32,000 nucleotides of DNA, taken from positions 1,320,001 through 1,352,000 of the forward strand of contig NZ_CP064923.1 of NCBI RefSeq assembly GCF_018336915.1, read 5' to 3'. The position numbers were made by a program, and so were the translations under genes. The notes beneath the pieces are model-generated. The model did not search any database. It saw only the letters and a list, made by a program, of their open reading frames with translations, and had not been told where the DNA came from. Below, piece by piece: positions 1 through 8,611 of this stretch. The stretch's first letter is position 1, and every line of letters begins with the position of its first letter. This DNA comes from Acaryochloris marina S15 (GTDB lineage Bacteria > Cyanobacteriota > Cyanobacteriia > Thermosynechococcales > Thermosynechococcaceae).

Positions 1-710
1 TCAATGCCGGGCACATCATGGACAAAGTGAAGTAAATCTGTCAGATTATGCTGATGCCGTCCTTCTGGGGTTGTTCCGGGTAGGTCACGACCATAGGCAT
101 CGATATTTTGTCCTAGAAGCGTCACTTCTTTGAAGCCTTGTTTTCCGAGCTGCACCATTTCGGCTCGAATGACCTCTGGGGTGCGAGATTGTTCTATCCC
201 TCGAACGTTGGGGACCACGCAATAGGTACAGCGCTCATTGCACCCATAGATCACATTGACCCAGGCAGTGACGGTACTATCCCGACGGGGTTTGGTAATA
301 TCCTCCACAATGTGAATCGGTTCCGTTGCCAACACCTGTTGACCGCTGGCCACTTGTTCTAATAAATCCTGGAGCCGATTGGCGTGCTGAGGACCCATCA
401 CCAAATCTAGTTCGGGCACGCGACGAAGCAGGGTATCCCCTTCTTGTTGGGCCACACAGCCTGCGACGACTAAGGTTAAATCCGGTTGCGCATGTTTGCG
501 CTTCGCTTGCCGCCCTAAATAGGAATAGACTTTGTGCTCGGCATTGTCTCGAATGGTGCAGGTATTGCAGAGAATCAGATTGGCGTCATCTGGGTTCTCA
601 GACCATTGGTATCCCATATTTTCCAAAACCCCTGCCATCCGCTCAGAGTCAGCTTTATTCATCTGACAGCCATAGGTGGTGATGTGGTATCGGCGTGAAT
701 CTGAACTCAT
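1..710 (-). CDS. miaB: tRNA-i6A37 methylthiotransferase MiaB (radical SAM), N-terminal ~236 codons; the gene continues past the left edge
   Basis: The minus-strand frame is open from ATG (710-708) to position 1; it is absent from the ORF track because there is no stop in the window. Translation [55 protein letters not shown] matches the MTTase N-terminal domain and is followed by the radical-SAM CxxxCxxC motif (CNERCTYC). Confidence 0.9.
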   Translation of the reverse strand, partial: MSSDSRRYHITTYGCQMNKADSERMAGVLENMGYQWSENPDDANLILCNTCTIRDNAEHKVYSYLGRQAKRKHAQPDLTLVVAGCVAQQEGDTLLRRVPELDLVMGPQHANRLQDLLEQVASGQQVLATEPIHIVEDITKPRRDSTVTAWVNVIYGCNERCTYCVVPNVRGIEQSRTPEVIRAEMVQLGKQGFKEVTLLGQNIDAYGRDLPGTTPEGRHQHNLTDLLHFVHDVPGI

Positions 711-861
711 AAAGTTATGTAACGAAGTAAGAGGCTGAATGGGGCTGAAAAGAAGACTGTCCCTATGGTAATTCACTCAGGAATGGGTTCGCTAAAGTCA
801 TTGTCTATAAACGGGTTGCCGTCCTAGGAATCCCGAGCAAAAACACCGATTGATCCCCAGA

Positions 862-880
862 TTATGTTATAAAAACATAA
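862..880. promoter_or_regulatory. Inverted repeat TTATGTT-N5-AACATAA in the miaB/desA divergent intergenic region
   Basis: Perfect 7-bp arms read directly (862-868 / 874-880) in an AT-rich spacer between divergent start codons at 710 (-) and 1087 (+). Confidence 0.3.
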
Positions 881-1086
881 GTTTAGTTGTGTAAAGTGCT
901 TTTGAGAAATATTGATTTGTCTTGCGATTAATTCAAGTCTCAAATGCTTTGCAATGTAGCCCCCTAAGGATCAGAAGCCCATATAACCCGTCCAAGTTTG
1001 AAGCATTACAGCATGCTTGGCTAATGGCAAGACTGATAGAGGGTGCTTGATCACATATTTCAGCTCAGGAGATTCCTAATTCAGCT

Positions 1087-2130
1087 ATGACTGCATCCCT
1101 TGTCAAGTCTGACCCTCAATTGCGGACGCTTACAGATCCGACGATTACCCTACAAGATGTTATCAAATCTCTGCCCAAGGATTGCTTTAAGCAAAATGCA
1201 GCGAAGGCTTGGACGGGTGCCATCATCAATGTGCTGATGGTCGCTTTGGGCTATGTAGCAATTATCAATTCTCCTTGGTATTTGCTACCCATCGCCTGGA
1301 TCTTTACGGGCACGGCCCTGACGGGTTTCTTTGTGATTGGTCATGATGCAGGGCATCGATCTTTTGCTAAAAACCGGTGGGTCAACGATCTGGTGGGGCA
1401 TCTGTTTATGGCACCTCTGGTCTATCCCTTTCATTGCTGGCGCATCCTGCATAACTTTCACCATACGCATACCAATGAGCTGGATGTAGATAATGCTTGG
1501 CGGCCTTTTGATGGTGCTGAATATGAAAGCCTGGATCCTGTCATTCGCACAGTCTATGAGCAAATTCGCGGCTATTTCTGGTGGGTCGGCTCTATCGTTC
1601 ACTGGGCCAACCTGCATTTTAACTGGAATTCCTTTGATGAAAAGGATCGAGATGATGTCAAGCTTTCTATTGGCGTTGCCGTATTGTTTGCTGCGATCGC
1701 ATTTCCTGCCATCATCTACACCGCTGGCATTTGGGGCTTCGTCAAGTTTTGGTTGATTCCTTGGATGGTCTACCACTTCTGGATGAGCACCTTTACCATC
1801 GTTCACCACACGGCGTCCGATATTCCCTTTCAACCCACTGAAGTCTGGAACGCTGCAGAAGCTCAGCTGGTGGGTTCAGTGCACTGTAAATATCCTGGCT
1901 GGGTTGAGTTTCTCTGCCACGATATCAATGTCCATGTTCCTCACCACGTTTCCACGGCGATTCCTTCCTACAATCTGCGCATGGCCCACAAAAGCCTGAA
2001 GGAAAACTGGGGTCAGTACGTGTATGAGCGCGAATTTAACTGGGCCTTGATGAAAGAAATTTCTGAAGAATGCCACCTTTACGATTCTGAGAAAGCCTAT
2101 AAGTCTTTCAAAGATCATGCAGCGGGTTAA
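1087..2130 (+). CDS. desA: Acyl-lipid delta-12-type fatty acid desaturase (DesA-like)
   Basis: 347-aa ORF with three His boxes ([23 protein letters not shown]). The N-terminal [13 protein letters not shown] and the [25 protein letters not shown] block closely resemble Synechocystis DesA as I recall it. Confidence 0.85.
   Translation: MTASLVKSDPQLRTLTDPTITLQDVIKSLPKDCFKQNAAKAWTGAIINVLMVALGYVAIINSPWYLLPIAWIFTGTALTGFFVIGHDAGHRSFAKNRWVNDLVGHLFMAPLVYPFHCWRILHNFHHTHTNELDVDNAWRPFDGAEYESLDPVIRTVYEQIRGYFWWVGSIVHWANLHFNWNSFDEKDRDDVKLSIGVAVLFAAIAFPAIIYTAGIWGFVKFWLIPWMVYHFWMSTFTIVHHTASDIPFQPTEVWNAAEAQLVGSVHCKYPGWVEFLCHDINVHVPHHVSTAIPSYNLRMAHKSLKENWGQYVYEREFNWALMKEISEECHLYDSEKAYKSFKDHAAG
1693..1700. repeat. 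HIP1 octamer GCGATCGC
   Basis: Exact octamer read at these coordinates. Confidence 0.95.
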
Positions 2131-2147
2131 GCACTCAGCAATTGGCA

Positions 2148-2696
2148 ATGATCAACCTTAAAGGGGTCAATCTTTACCTCGTCGGCATGATGGGGTGTGG
2201 TAAATCGACAACAGGCCGGGCCTTAGCTAAGCAGCTAGGCTACGGCTTTGTCGATACGGATGACCTAATTACCCAACTCACAGGCCAAGCCATTACCGAT
2301 ATTTTTGCTGAATCCGGTGAAGATTATTTTCGGCAAGTTGAGTCTAAAGTCCTGTCCGAAGTGGCAGCCCACACCAAGCTTGTGGTGGCAACGGGGGGTG
2401 GGATTGTACTAGAGAAACAGAACTGGAGCTTTTTGCAACACGGCCTTGTGATCTGGCTGGATGTAGAAGCCGAGCAGCTTTGGCAACGTCTCCAGGCAGA
2501 CCAGTCCCGGCCACTGCTGCAAAAACCGAATCCCCAACAAGTTTTAGACGAATTGCTGACTCAACGGCGACCTCTTTATCGGCAGGCAGATATTCATATC
2601 TTGCTCAAGCCGGATCAGATCGTAGAGTCTGTTTGTGAATCCGTCGTCCAAGAAATTACTAAGATACTGCGCCCCGAGGCTAGCCCTCAGGATTGA
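2148..2696 (+). CDS. aroK: Shikimate kinase
   Basis: P-loop GMMGCGKST, a DTD motif (FVDTDDLI) and a GGG motif (VATGGGIV). I prefer the ATG at 2148; the ORF track uses an in-frame TTG at 2142. Confidence 0.9.
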   Translation: MINLKGVNLYLVGMMGCGKSTTGRALAKQLGYGFVDTDDLITQLTGQAITDIFAESGEDYFRQVESKVLSEVAAHTKLVVATGGGIVLEKQNWSFLQHGLVIWLDVEAEQLWQRLQADQSRPLLQKPNPQQVLDELLTQRRPLYRQADIHILLKPDQIVESVCESVVQEITKILRPEASPQD

Positions 2697-3141
2697 AACG
2701 TCGTTGCCGCTGCCGCCGTCGCTCTGCTAACTTTTCAGCTAGCTGCTGCCGTTGGTCTGGTGTGAGGACCTTGCGAATGGCCATCATGTTCTCAAACCGC
2801 AGCTTCAGGGTTTCCTGAGTGAGCTGATCTAAGGACTGAAACTGAGTGCGAACCTCTGCATCAGGAGCTTCTCCAGCAATCATAGCCTTCAACTCTTTCC
2901 GAGTTTGCCGCAGTAACTGGGCTTTCTCTCGGGTTTGAGGACCATATTGTTGACGGATGGCGCGAATCTCCCGTCGCTGTTGTCGAGAAAGCTGCAAGTC
3001 TCGGAATAGTCCGGGACGTTGTCTTTGACGTTCAGGGGATTGAGCCACACTGGGCTGCAAGGTATTTCCCACCCATTGCCCCAGAGAACATACCCCGATC
3101 AGGGCGAAACAAATAACGACTCCTTTGCTTATTCGTGACAT
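2680..3141 (-). CDS. Periplasmic LTXXQ-motif protein (Spy/CpxP/ZraP-like chaperone family)
   Basis: N-terminal signal-like segment (ISKGVVICFALIGVCSL), then a helical Arg/Gln-rich protein with LTXXQ-type motifs (LSRQQ, LTPDQ, LTQET). ATG at 3141; an alternative GTG lies at 3159. It is the last gene of the sigma operon. Confidence 0.6.
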   Translation of the reverse strand: MSRISKGVVICFALIGVCSLGQWVGNTLQPSVAQSPERQRQRPGLFRDLQLSRQQRREIRAIRQQYGPQTREKAQLLRQTRKELKAMIAGEAPDAEVRTQFQSLDQLTQETLKLRFENMMAIRKVLTPDQRQQLAEKLAERRRQRQRRFNPEG

Positions 3142-3617
3142 AATCCGGACCTCTTGCACGTAACGGTATTAGATTTAGCAATGACGGATGCTGATGGCCT
3201 TTGTCCCCACCATTCCCAGGGATCCGTCAATAAATCGGTTTCCCCGTCATTGAAGGGGTCAAAAGCGCTAGACCAACTCTCCGCCACAAAGGCTTCTAAT
3301 TCTCCATCGGGTGGCATAGGCTGTTTTGCCGTTCGCCAAATTTGTGATCCGCCCCAGAACAGCGCGATGGTTGTTGCGATCGCAGCCGGAATACCCCATC
3401 GGGCCATCTTCCACCCCTCAGGCTCCAACGATGTTGGGGCTGAGGGGGACTGGGTAACTTCATCCAAAACGGCATGGAGAATCCTGTCCTCTAAGTCTAG
3501 GGACGAGTCAGGCACTTCTGGCTGATAACGTTGGAGAAAGTTCACCAAAGCGTCATCAGGGAGTGACTCCTCATGGGCATCAGAGCCGTTCAGATCAGGA
3601 TCAGGAGGGTGGTTCAT
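3129..3617 (-). CDS. Putative membrane anti-sigma factor (non-ZAS)
   Basis: Its start overlaps the sigma stop (ATGA at 3614-3617). It has an acidic cytoplasmic N-terminus, a single TM helix (WGIPAAIATTIALFWGG) and an extracytoplasmic tail. The function is inferred from position and topology only, because there is no HxxxCxxC motif. Confidence 0.5.
   Translation of the reverse strand: MNHPPDPDLNGSDAHEESLPDDALVNFLQRYQPEVPDSSLDLEDRILHAVLDEVTQSPSAPTSLEPEGWKMARWGIPAAIATTIALFWGGSQIWRTAKQPMPPDGELEAFVAESWSSAFDPFNDGETDLLTDPWEWWGQRPSASVIAKSNTVTCKRSGLCHE
3376..3383. repeat. HIP1 octamer GCGATCGC
   Basis: Exact octamer read at these coordinates. Confidence 0.95.
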
Positions 3618-4177
3618 AGGGAAATCCCTTCATGTTGCAAAAATTTTCGGAGGGCTGCTCTGGCATGATGTAGACGAGACTTGACGGTGCCCACAGGAAT
3701 TTCAAACATCTCGGCAATCTCTTGCTGAGGGAGATCTTGTAAATCATGGAGCACGATCACACTGCGATGTTCAAAGCTCAGTTGAGTCATGCCTCGTTTA
3801 ATCAAATCCTGATAGTGAAGCTGCTGCCAATTGGGTTCAGTGGATTGGCTGGGGAGTTGATGGGTGAGGGATTGCCAGCGCGTGCGCTTTTGGGCTGCCG
3901 ACCGTCGATAATCTGCGGCCACATTCCACGTAATTCGATAGAGCCAAGTCGTAAATTTGGACCGACCTTCCAGTTTAGGTAATCCTTTCCACACCCGAAC
4001 AAACACCTCCTGGACGAGGTCATCTAATACCTCTGGATCACATAGAGACATCAGAGTTGACCGCACTCGAGCCTGATGTCGACGATACAAACCCCGAAAA
4101 CTTTGGGTACTGCCCCGCAAACAGCCTTGAATTAAGGCATGGTCTGAATCGTCGGTTGACAGTTGTTCGGTACTCAC
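3614..4177 (-). CDS. ECF (group 4) RNA polymerase sigma-70 family factor
   Basis: Region 2 (DLVQEVFVRVWKGLPKLEGRSKFTTWLYRITWNVAADYRR) and region 4 HTH (LPQQEIAEMFEIPVGTVKSRLHHARAALRKFL). GTG start at 4177. Confidence 0.9.
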   Translation of the reverse strand: MSTEQLSTDDSDHALIQGCLRGSTQSFRGLYRRHQARVRSTLMSLCDPEVLDDLVQEVFVRVWKGLPKLEGRSKFTTWLYRITWNVAADYRRSAAQKRTRWQSLTHQLPSQSTEPNWQQLHYQDLIKRGMTQLSFEHRSVIVLHDLQDLPQQEIAEMFEIPVGTVKSRLHHARAALRKFLQHEGISL

Positions 4178-4225
4178 CTTTAATTTGTTTTCAATAATTT
4201 ATTACCAGCCGCTCTTCTCTATCCC

Positions 4226-4254
4226 TTAGACTGAAATCAGCAAGGATTGGTTCA
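4226..4254 (-). promoter_or_regulatory. Candidate ECF-type (autoregulated) promoter upstream of the sigma gene
   Basis: The minus strand reads TGAACC-(17 nt)-AGTCTAA, resembling the AAC-N16/17-CGT architecture of ECF promoters. It ends ~49 nt upstream of the GTG start at 4177. Confidence 0.35.
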
Positions 4255-4321
4255 ATGACATCAAAAAAGCGCTGCAGCCTGGCTGCTCCTTCAGGGTATC
4301 AATGTAAGGGAGATCTTTGGT

Positions 4322-6793
4322 ATGACGAGCCCTGATTTCTCCGACTCCCTGACTTGGCTGGAACAGGCAAAAACTTATCTCGAAAAAAATCAGTATATTG
4401 ATGCCCTGAATTGTATTCATCAAGGTCTAGCCCTTACTCCTAGGAATGCAGATGCTTGGCTGCAATGTGGCAATGTCCTGCAAAAATTGGGGTTTTATGG
4501 GGAAGCAATCACAGCGAACCATAATGCTCAACGCCTGTTCGGTAGCCCAGAAGCCAAACTTAAAATGATTCCCTTGGAGTCTTTATTAGCCAAAGCCCAG
4601 GGACAGTCAGAAGACCAGCCAACCCAGGTCAACCCAGGGTCGCCTGCCGTATCCTCACTCTCCGGACAAGATTTTGACTTTTGGCAAAAACGAGCCTTAG
4701 CTTGCACCAAAGCCAAGGATTATGACGCTGCATTGGCCGCCTACGATAAAGTACTGGCGTTTAAGGATCACCATGCCCAGGCTTGGTATCAACGGGGGCT
4801 GATTCTATTTCATTTGCAGCGATATCAGGATGCGATCGCAAGTTTTGATCAGGCCCTAGATCGCCAGCCCGATTTTTACCAGGCCTGGAATAACCGAGCC
4901 AGCATCTTAATTCAGCTCGGCAATGTCAAAGAAGCGATTCATAGCTATGAGCAAGCCCTGCGCTGGACCGATAAACAACTGTGGCAGGCTTGGGACGATC
5001 TGGGGATGGCGATGCTTCATCTTCAAGGGGTAGATGCTGGTATTGCTATCTGGAATCAAGGTATTGATGCCCTTTGGTGTGATGCCGATGATTATGCCTT
5101 GGGCTGTGGCAGTCTCCATCAGCGCAAAGGGGATTTTCAAGCTCAACAGGCTTGGCAAGATCCTTCTCCGACCAAGATGTGGAAGGCTGCAAAATTAAGC
5201 TATTTAAGAGCCCTTGATTTACTAGATTTCCAAACTTTCCCTCAGCATCACTTAGCGATTTGGCAATCTCTGCTGCAGGTGCGGTTCCATTTACAAGAAA
5301 CGGCCGCTGTCCACTCCATGCTGCTTGAAGGCGCGATCAAACTTCAAACCATCAAGCAGGATGTCAATCTGTCTCCTGAGCAAGATCGACAACTAGAAGA
5401 TCAATTTGCTGGCTTCCAACAGATGCAGGTCGATTGGTTGGTGCAGCAGAATCAATTAAAAGAAGCGATTCTTTGGGCAGAACGTTGTAAAGATCGCACC
5501 TTAGGATATTGGCGATCTGGCCCTGATTATGATCCGATTCAGCACCAATATACGGATCTACAACCGCTCCTCAATCCGCAGCGAGCCGTTATCTATTGGC
5601 ATCTCAGTCCCGCCCACCTCTATACCTTTATCCTCAAACCGAACCAGGACCCAGTGCTGTTCTGTGCGCACTCCCTGGAGCCGGAGGCTGATAACCCAGG
5701 GAACCTGGATGCCGCTTTAATTGATCAGCATTTCTGCTTGCAATTGTGGCAAAAAAACTGGGATAAAGCCCAGCATCTCTCCCAAAAAAATCATGAGTCG
5801 GCTCTAGGGCTGGGAGCTGATTTTTGGCTCAAAGGGCAGGGGATTCAACTCCTAACCCAACTCAAAGAGATTTTAGCCATTGAGTCTTTATGCCAAGACA
5901 CTTTATCTGGTATTCAGGAACTTATTCTGGTTCTGCCTGGGCAATGGCGTCACCTACCGATGACGGCCCTTTTTCCTGAGCAGATTAGCATTACGCTCCT
6001 CCCCAGTTTGCACATTGGCCTCAATCTACTGAAAGCAAAATCGTCCCCTCAAGACCACTTGTTAACCATTGTTCCTCCCAACGGATCTGAGGATGAAAAG
6101 GATAACAACCTCACAGAATTAGAGGCCCTGGCTATCGCCCGCTCTTACCAGCAGCATATTCAATTGGGAGGACTACAGCTGACTCAGAAGACGGTCTTGG
6201 CTGCCCTCAAAGTTTCGGCAGGGAGTATTCATTTTACGGGGGTGACGGCTACAGATCGTTCAACTGTCCCAGCACCAGCTTGGGTCTTGGCCGATGGACA
6301 CCGATTGACCCTAGAGGACTTGTTCGAGTTGAATTGGCAGTCCTATGCAACGGTTTGCCTCTCGGGTGGTCCACAAAATCTGAAGCCGCTACCTGGGTTT
6401 ATTCCCGATTTAGAAACCTGTTTGCTCTCTTTAGGGGTGCAGCATGTTCTCAAAAGCCTATGGGAGGTCAATCACTGTTCTCGGATCATGCTGATGACCC
6501 AGGTCCATCATCTTTTGCACCAAAATGGCAACCCAGTCCATGCCCTGCGGCAAGCTCAGCATTGGCTCCGCAACCTGACCTATCGTAATGCGATTCAATG
6601 GTGGATCACCGTGGGCAACACATTAGCATTAGACAGCTCACAAGCAACTACCCTCCAACGGATTGAAGCTGAACTCCAATTCGCAGCCCAAGAAGTGGGT
6701 CAAGATGTTTGTCCGTTTAGTCACCCCTGGTATTGGGTTGGGTTTACCATCTCTGGGAATTTCCCCGAGATGTTGGTGTGGAATGAGGCTTAA
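4322..6793 (+). CDS. TPR-repeat protein with a C-terminal CHAT (caspase-like) domain, apparently lacking the catalytic dyad
   Basis: N-terminal TPR units (AWLQCGNVLQKLGFYGEAI; AQAWYQRGLILFHLQRYQDAIASFDQALDRQPDFYQAWNNRA...). The C-terminal CHAT signature is present: ..IHFTGVTA.., ..TVCLSGGPQ.., SLWEVNH.., HPWYWVGFTISGNF. Confidence 0.8.
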   Translation: MTSPDFSDSLTWLEQAKTYLEKNQYIDALNCIHQGLALTPRNADAWLQCGNVLQKLGFYGEAITANHNAQRLFGSPEAKLKMIPLESLLAKAQGQSEDQPTQVNPGSPAVSSLSGQDFDFWQKRALACTKAKDYDAALAAYDKVLAFKDHHAQAWYQRGLILFHLQRYQDAIASFDQALDRQPDFYQAWNNRASILIQLGNVKEAIHSYEQALRWTDKQLWQAWDDLGMAMLHLQGVDAGIAIWNQGIDALWCDADDYALGCGSLHQRKGDFQAQQAWQDPSPTKMWKAAKLSYLRALDLLDFQTFPQHHLAIWQSLLQVRFHLQETAAVHSMLLEGAIKLQTIKQDVNLSPEQDRQLEDQFAGFQQMQVDWLVQQNQLKEAILWAERCKDRTLGYWRSGPDYDPIQHQYTDLQPLLNPQRAVIYWHLSPAHLYTFILKPNQDPVLFCAHSLEPEADNPGNLDAALIDQHFCLQLWQKNWDKAQHLSQKNHESALGLGADFWLKGQGIQLLTQLKEILAIESLCQDTLSGIQELILVLPGQWRHLPMTALFPEQISITLLPSLHIGLNLLKAKSSPQDHLLTIVPPNGSEDEKDNNLTELEALAIARSYQQHIQLGGLQLTQKTVLAALKVSAGSIHFTGVTATDRSTVPAPAWVLADGHRLTLEDLFELNWQSYATVCLSGGPQNLKPLPGFIPDLETCLLSLGVQHVLKSLWEVNHCSRIMLMTQVHHLLHQNGNPVHALRQAQHWLRNLTYRNAIQWWITVGNTLALDSSQATTLQRIEAELQFAAQEVGQDVCPFSHPWYWVGFTISGNFPEMLVWNEA
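4832..4839. repeat. HIP1 octamer GCGATCGC
   Basis: Exact octamer read at these coordinates. Confidence 0.95.
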
Positions 6794-8418
6794 TCTTGAG
6801 GCTGATAGTGATCGATAATACTTTGCGTTAAACCGTCTAGGGTATATTCCTTCGCTTCGATATCGACTCGTCCTAACAGCTCTTGGCAGGTCAATGAGGT
6901 TTGGGGACCAATGGAGGCGATTTTGAGGGGGGTGAGCCATGGCTGAGGGTTACCCTCGCCAACGGATTGCTGAAGGAGCTGATAGAAGTAGCGGACGGTT
7001 TTGGAGCTGGCAAAGGTCACAATATCAATAGCTTGAGCTTGTAAGGCTTGGAGGGCCTGGGGGGCAATGGTGTCTGGACATCGCGATTGATAGGCGGCCA
7101 CCTCCACCACCGTTGCCCCTTGCGTGGTGAACTGTTTAACTAAAACGTCTCGCCCACCACTTTCAACTCGGGGAAATAGCAAGGTTTGCCCCGTTAACTC
7201 TCCCCCTGGAAAATGCTCCACTAGGGCATCTGCAATGTAGTTAGGTGGGATATAATCTGCCTTTAATCCTTGCTTCTCTAAAGTTTTGGCTGTTTTACGA
7301 CCGACCACTGCAATTTTGAGAGAAGCAAGGGCTCTCGTATCTAAGCCGGCATGGAATAAGCGCTCTAGGAATCGAGTGACGCCATTGGCAGAGGTTAAGA
7401 TCAGCCAGTCAAAGCGATCTAGGGATGCGATCGCAACATCTAATTCTTGCCAAGATGACGGTGGGCCAATCTCCAATGCAGGCATATCAACCACCGTCGC
7501 TCCCATCGAAGTGAGAGATTGACTAAAGGTCGTGGATTGGGCAACGGCTCGCGTCACCAAGATAGTTTTACCCCCTAACGGTAAAGCCGACTGAATCGAA
7601 GAAGCGCCCATGGGAAATTGTGCAGAATCACTTCTATGAGCATATTCAGTGTTGGCAGGGAAAGAAAGCCCTAGGCTGGGTTGGAGATGAACGACATTGC
7701 CCACCACGATCACACAAGGCGATAGGGACTCTCCTTGGGTTTTGGCCACGATCGTTCCTAAAGTGCCCATCCAAACTTGCTGCTGGCGCCGACCTCCCCA
7801 ACGAATAATGGCAATCGGATGTTGCTCAGGCTGACCGTTGTGTCTCAGGTGATGCACAATCGTTTCTAACTGGCGGGCCCCCATCAGAATTACCAAGGTG
7901 TCGATCTGGGCCAAAACAGACCAGTCCAGGCTTTCTGGGGCATGGGCACTCAATACCGTAAAGTGCTGGCTTAAGTGGACATCGGTGAGAGGAATTCCTG
8001 CAAATAGTGGAGCAGCTAGGGCTGAAGAAATACCCGGCAAAACCTCAACATCACAACCTGCCGCTTTTAATGCGAGAACTTCAGACGTGGTGCGCCCGAA
8101 CACAAAAGGATCACCACTTTTAAGACGGACGACTTGATATCCTTGGCAACAATACTCGACTAACCAGCGATCAATATCCGTTTGAGGGGTGCTAGGCCCC
8201 TTGCCTCGCTTGCCAACTGGAATTTGTAAGCAAGTTTTCTTTACGAGGTTTAATAATTCAGGATTGATCAGGGCATCATAGAGGATGACGTCAGCCTGAG
8301 CAAGCAGGTTTTGTCCCATAACCGTAAGATAGTTATGTTCCCCAGGGCCAGCACCAATGATAAAAACCTTGCCCTGCGACTTAGGCGTTTGAGTTGTTGA
8401 ATAGTTGTTTTCGCTCAA
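6790..8418 (-). CDS. cobA: Bifunctional uroporphyrinogen-III C-methyltransferase / uroporphyrinogen-III synthase (CobA-HemD fusion)
   Basis: The N-terminal half matches SUMT (VFIIGAGPGEHNYLTVMG..ADVILYDAL..VVRLKSGDPFVFGR..GIPLT). The C-terminal half is HemD-like (KTILVTRA...WLILTSANGV...IASIGPQT). TTG start at 8418. Its 3' end overlaps the convergent CHAT gene by 4 nt. Confidence 0.85.
   Translation of the reverse strand: MSENNYSTTQTPKSQGKVFIIGAGPGEHNYLTVMGQNLLAQADVILYDALINPELLNLVKKTCLQIPVGKRGKGPSTPQTDIDRWLVEYCCQGYQVVRLKSGDPFVFGRTTSEVLALKAAGCDVEVLPGISSALAAPLFAGIPLTDVHLSQHFTVLSAHAPESLDWSVLAQIDTLVILMGARQLETIVHHLRHNGQPEQHPIAIIRWGGRRQQQVWMGTLGTIVAKTQGESLSPCVIVVGNVVHLQPSLGLSFPANTEYAHRSDSAQFPMGASSIQSALPLGGKTILVTRAVAQSTTFSQSLTSMGATVVDMPALEIGPPSSWQELDVAIASLDRFDWLILTSANGVTRFLERLFHAGLDTRALASLKIAVVGRKTAKTLEKQGLKADYIPPNYIADALVEHFPGGELTGQTLLFPRVESGGRDVLVKQFTTQGATVVEVAAYQSRCPDTIAPQALQALQAQAIDIVTFASSKTVRYFYQLLQQSVGEGNPQPWLTPLKIASIGPQTSLTCQELLGRVDIEAKEYTLDGLTQSIIDHYQPQD
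7427..7434. repeat. HIP1 octamer GCGATCGC
   Basis: Exact octamer read at these coordinates. Confidence 0.95.
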
Positions 8419-8611
8419 AACGATTGGATTTCAACTGCTTTGATCCTAGCTTGTATTGCTAGCAAGAGGCGATCCTCCTGCAGCCACAAGTTGTTTTTGT
8501 AAGCAGAATCTTCCATATCCTGAGCTGACAGTGCCGGGGAAAACTCAACGAGATCACTCACCAAATCGTAAAAATGACAGCTCTCTAGTAGTGAACATAG
8601 TGCTTAAGACG

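Noticed and set aside
1285-1833. Long antisense ORFs nested in confident genes. These are 1285-1833(-) in desA, 3154-3525(+) in the anti-sigma gene, 8554-9072(-) and 8664-8987(-) in the lipoprotein gene, and 16928-17290(-) in minD. Others are 18773-19093(-) in the YvcK-like gene, 21495-21938(+) in the ABC-2 permease and 28934-29305(+) in deoC.
   Set aside because: Each lies entirely within a gene that has strong family motifs on the opposite strand. Their translations are low-complexity, Arg/Pro/Ser-rich and carry no recognisable motif, which is typical of shadow ORFs.
8419-8611. Possible cobalamin riboswitch in the leader of the cobA-hemD gene (minus strand).
   Set aside because: No B12-box-like element or the conserved GGGAA/GCCACTG-type core is readable on the minus strand. 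The only notable element is a short TTGCTAGCAA palindrome (about 8456-8465).
8456-8611. The upstream TTG-initiated extension of the lipoprotein ORF, and similar N-terminal extensions at 14709, 12414, 14540, 30628 and 2142.
   Set aside because: The extensions add non-signal-like residues ahead of a textbook signal peptide or conserved N-terminus. Internal ATG starts give canonical N-termini, so I moved the starts. The exact start sites remain unverified.
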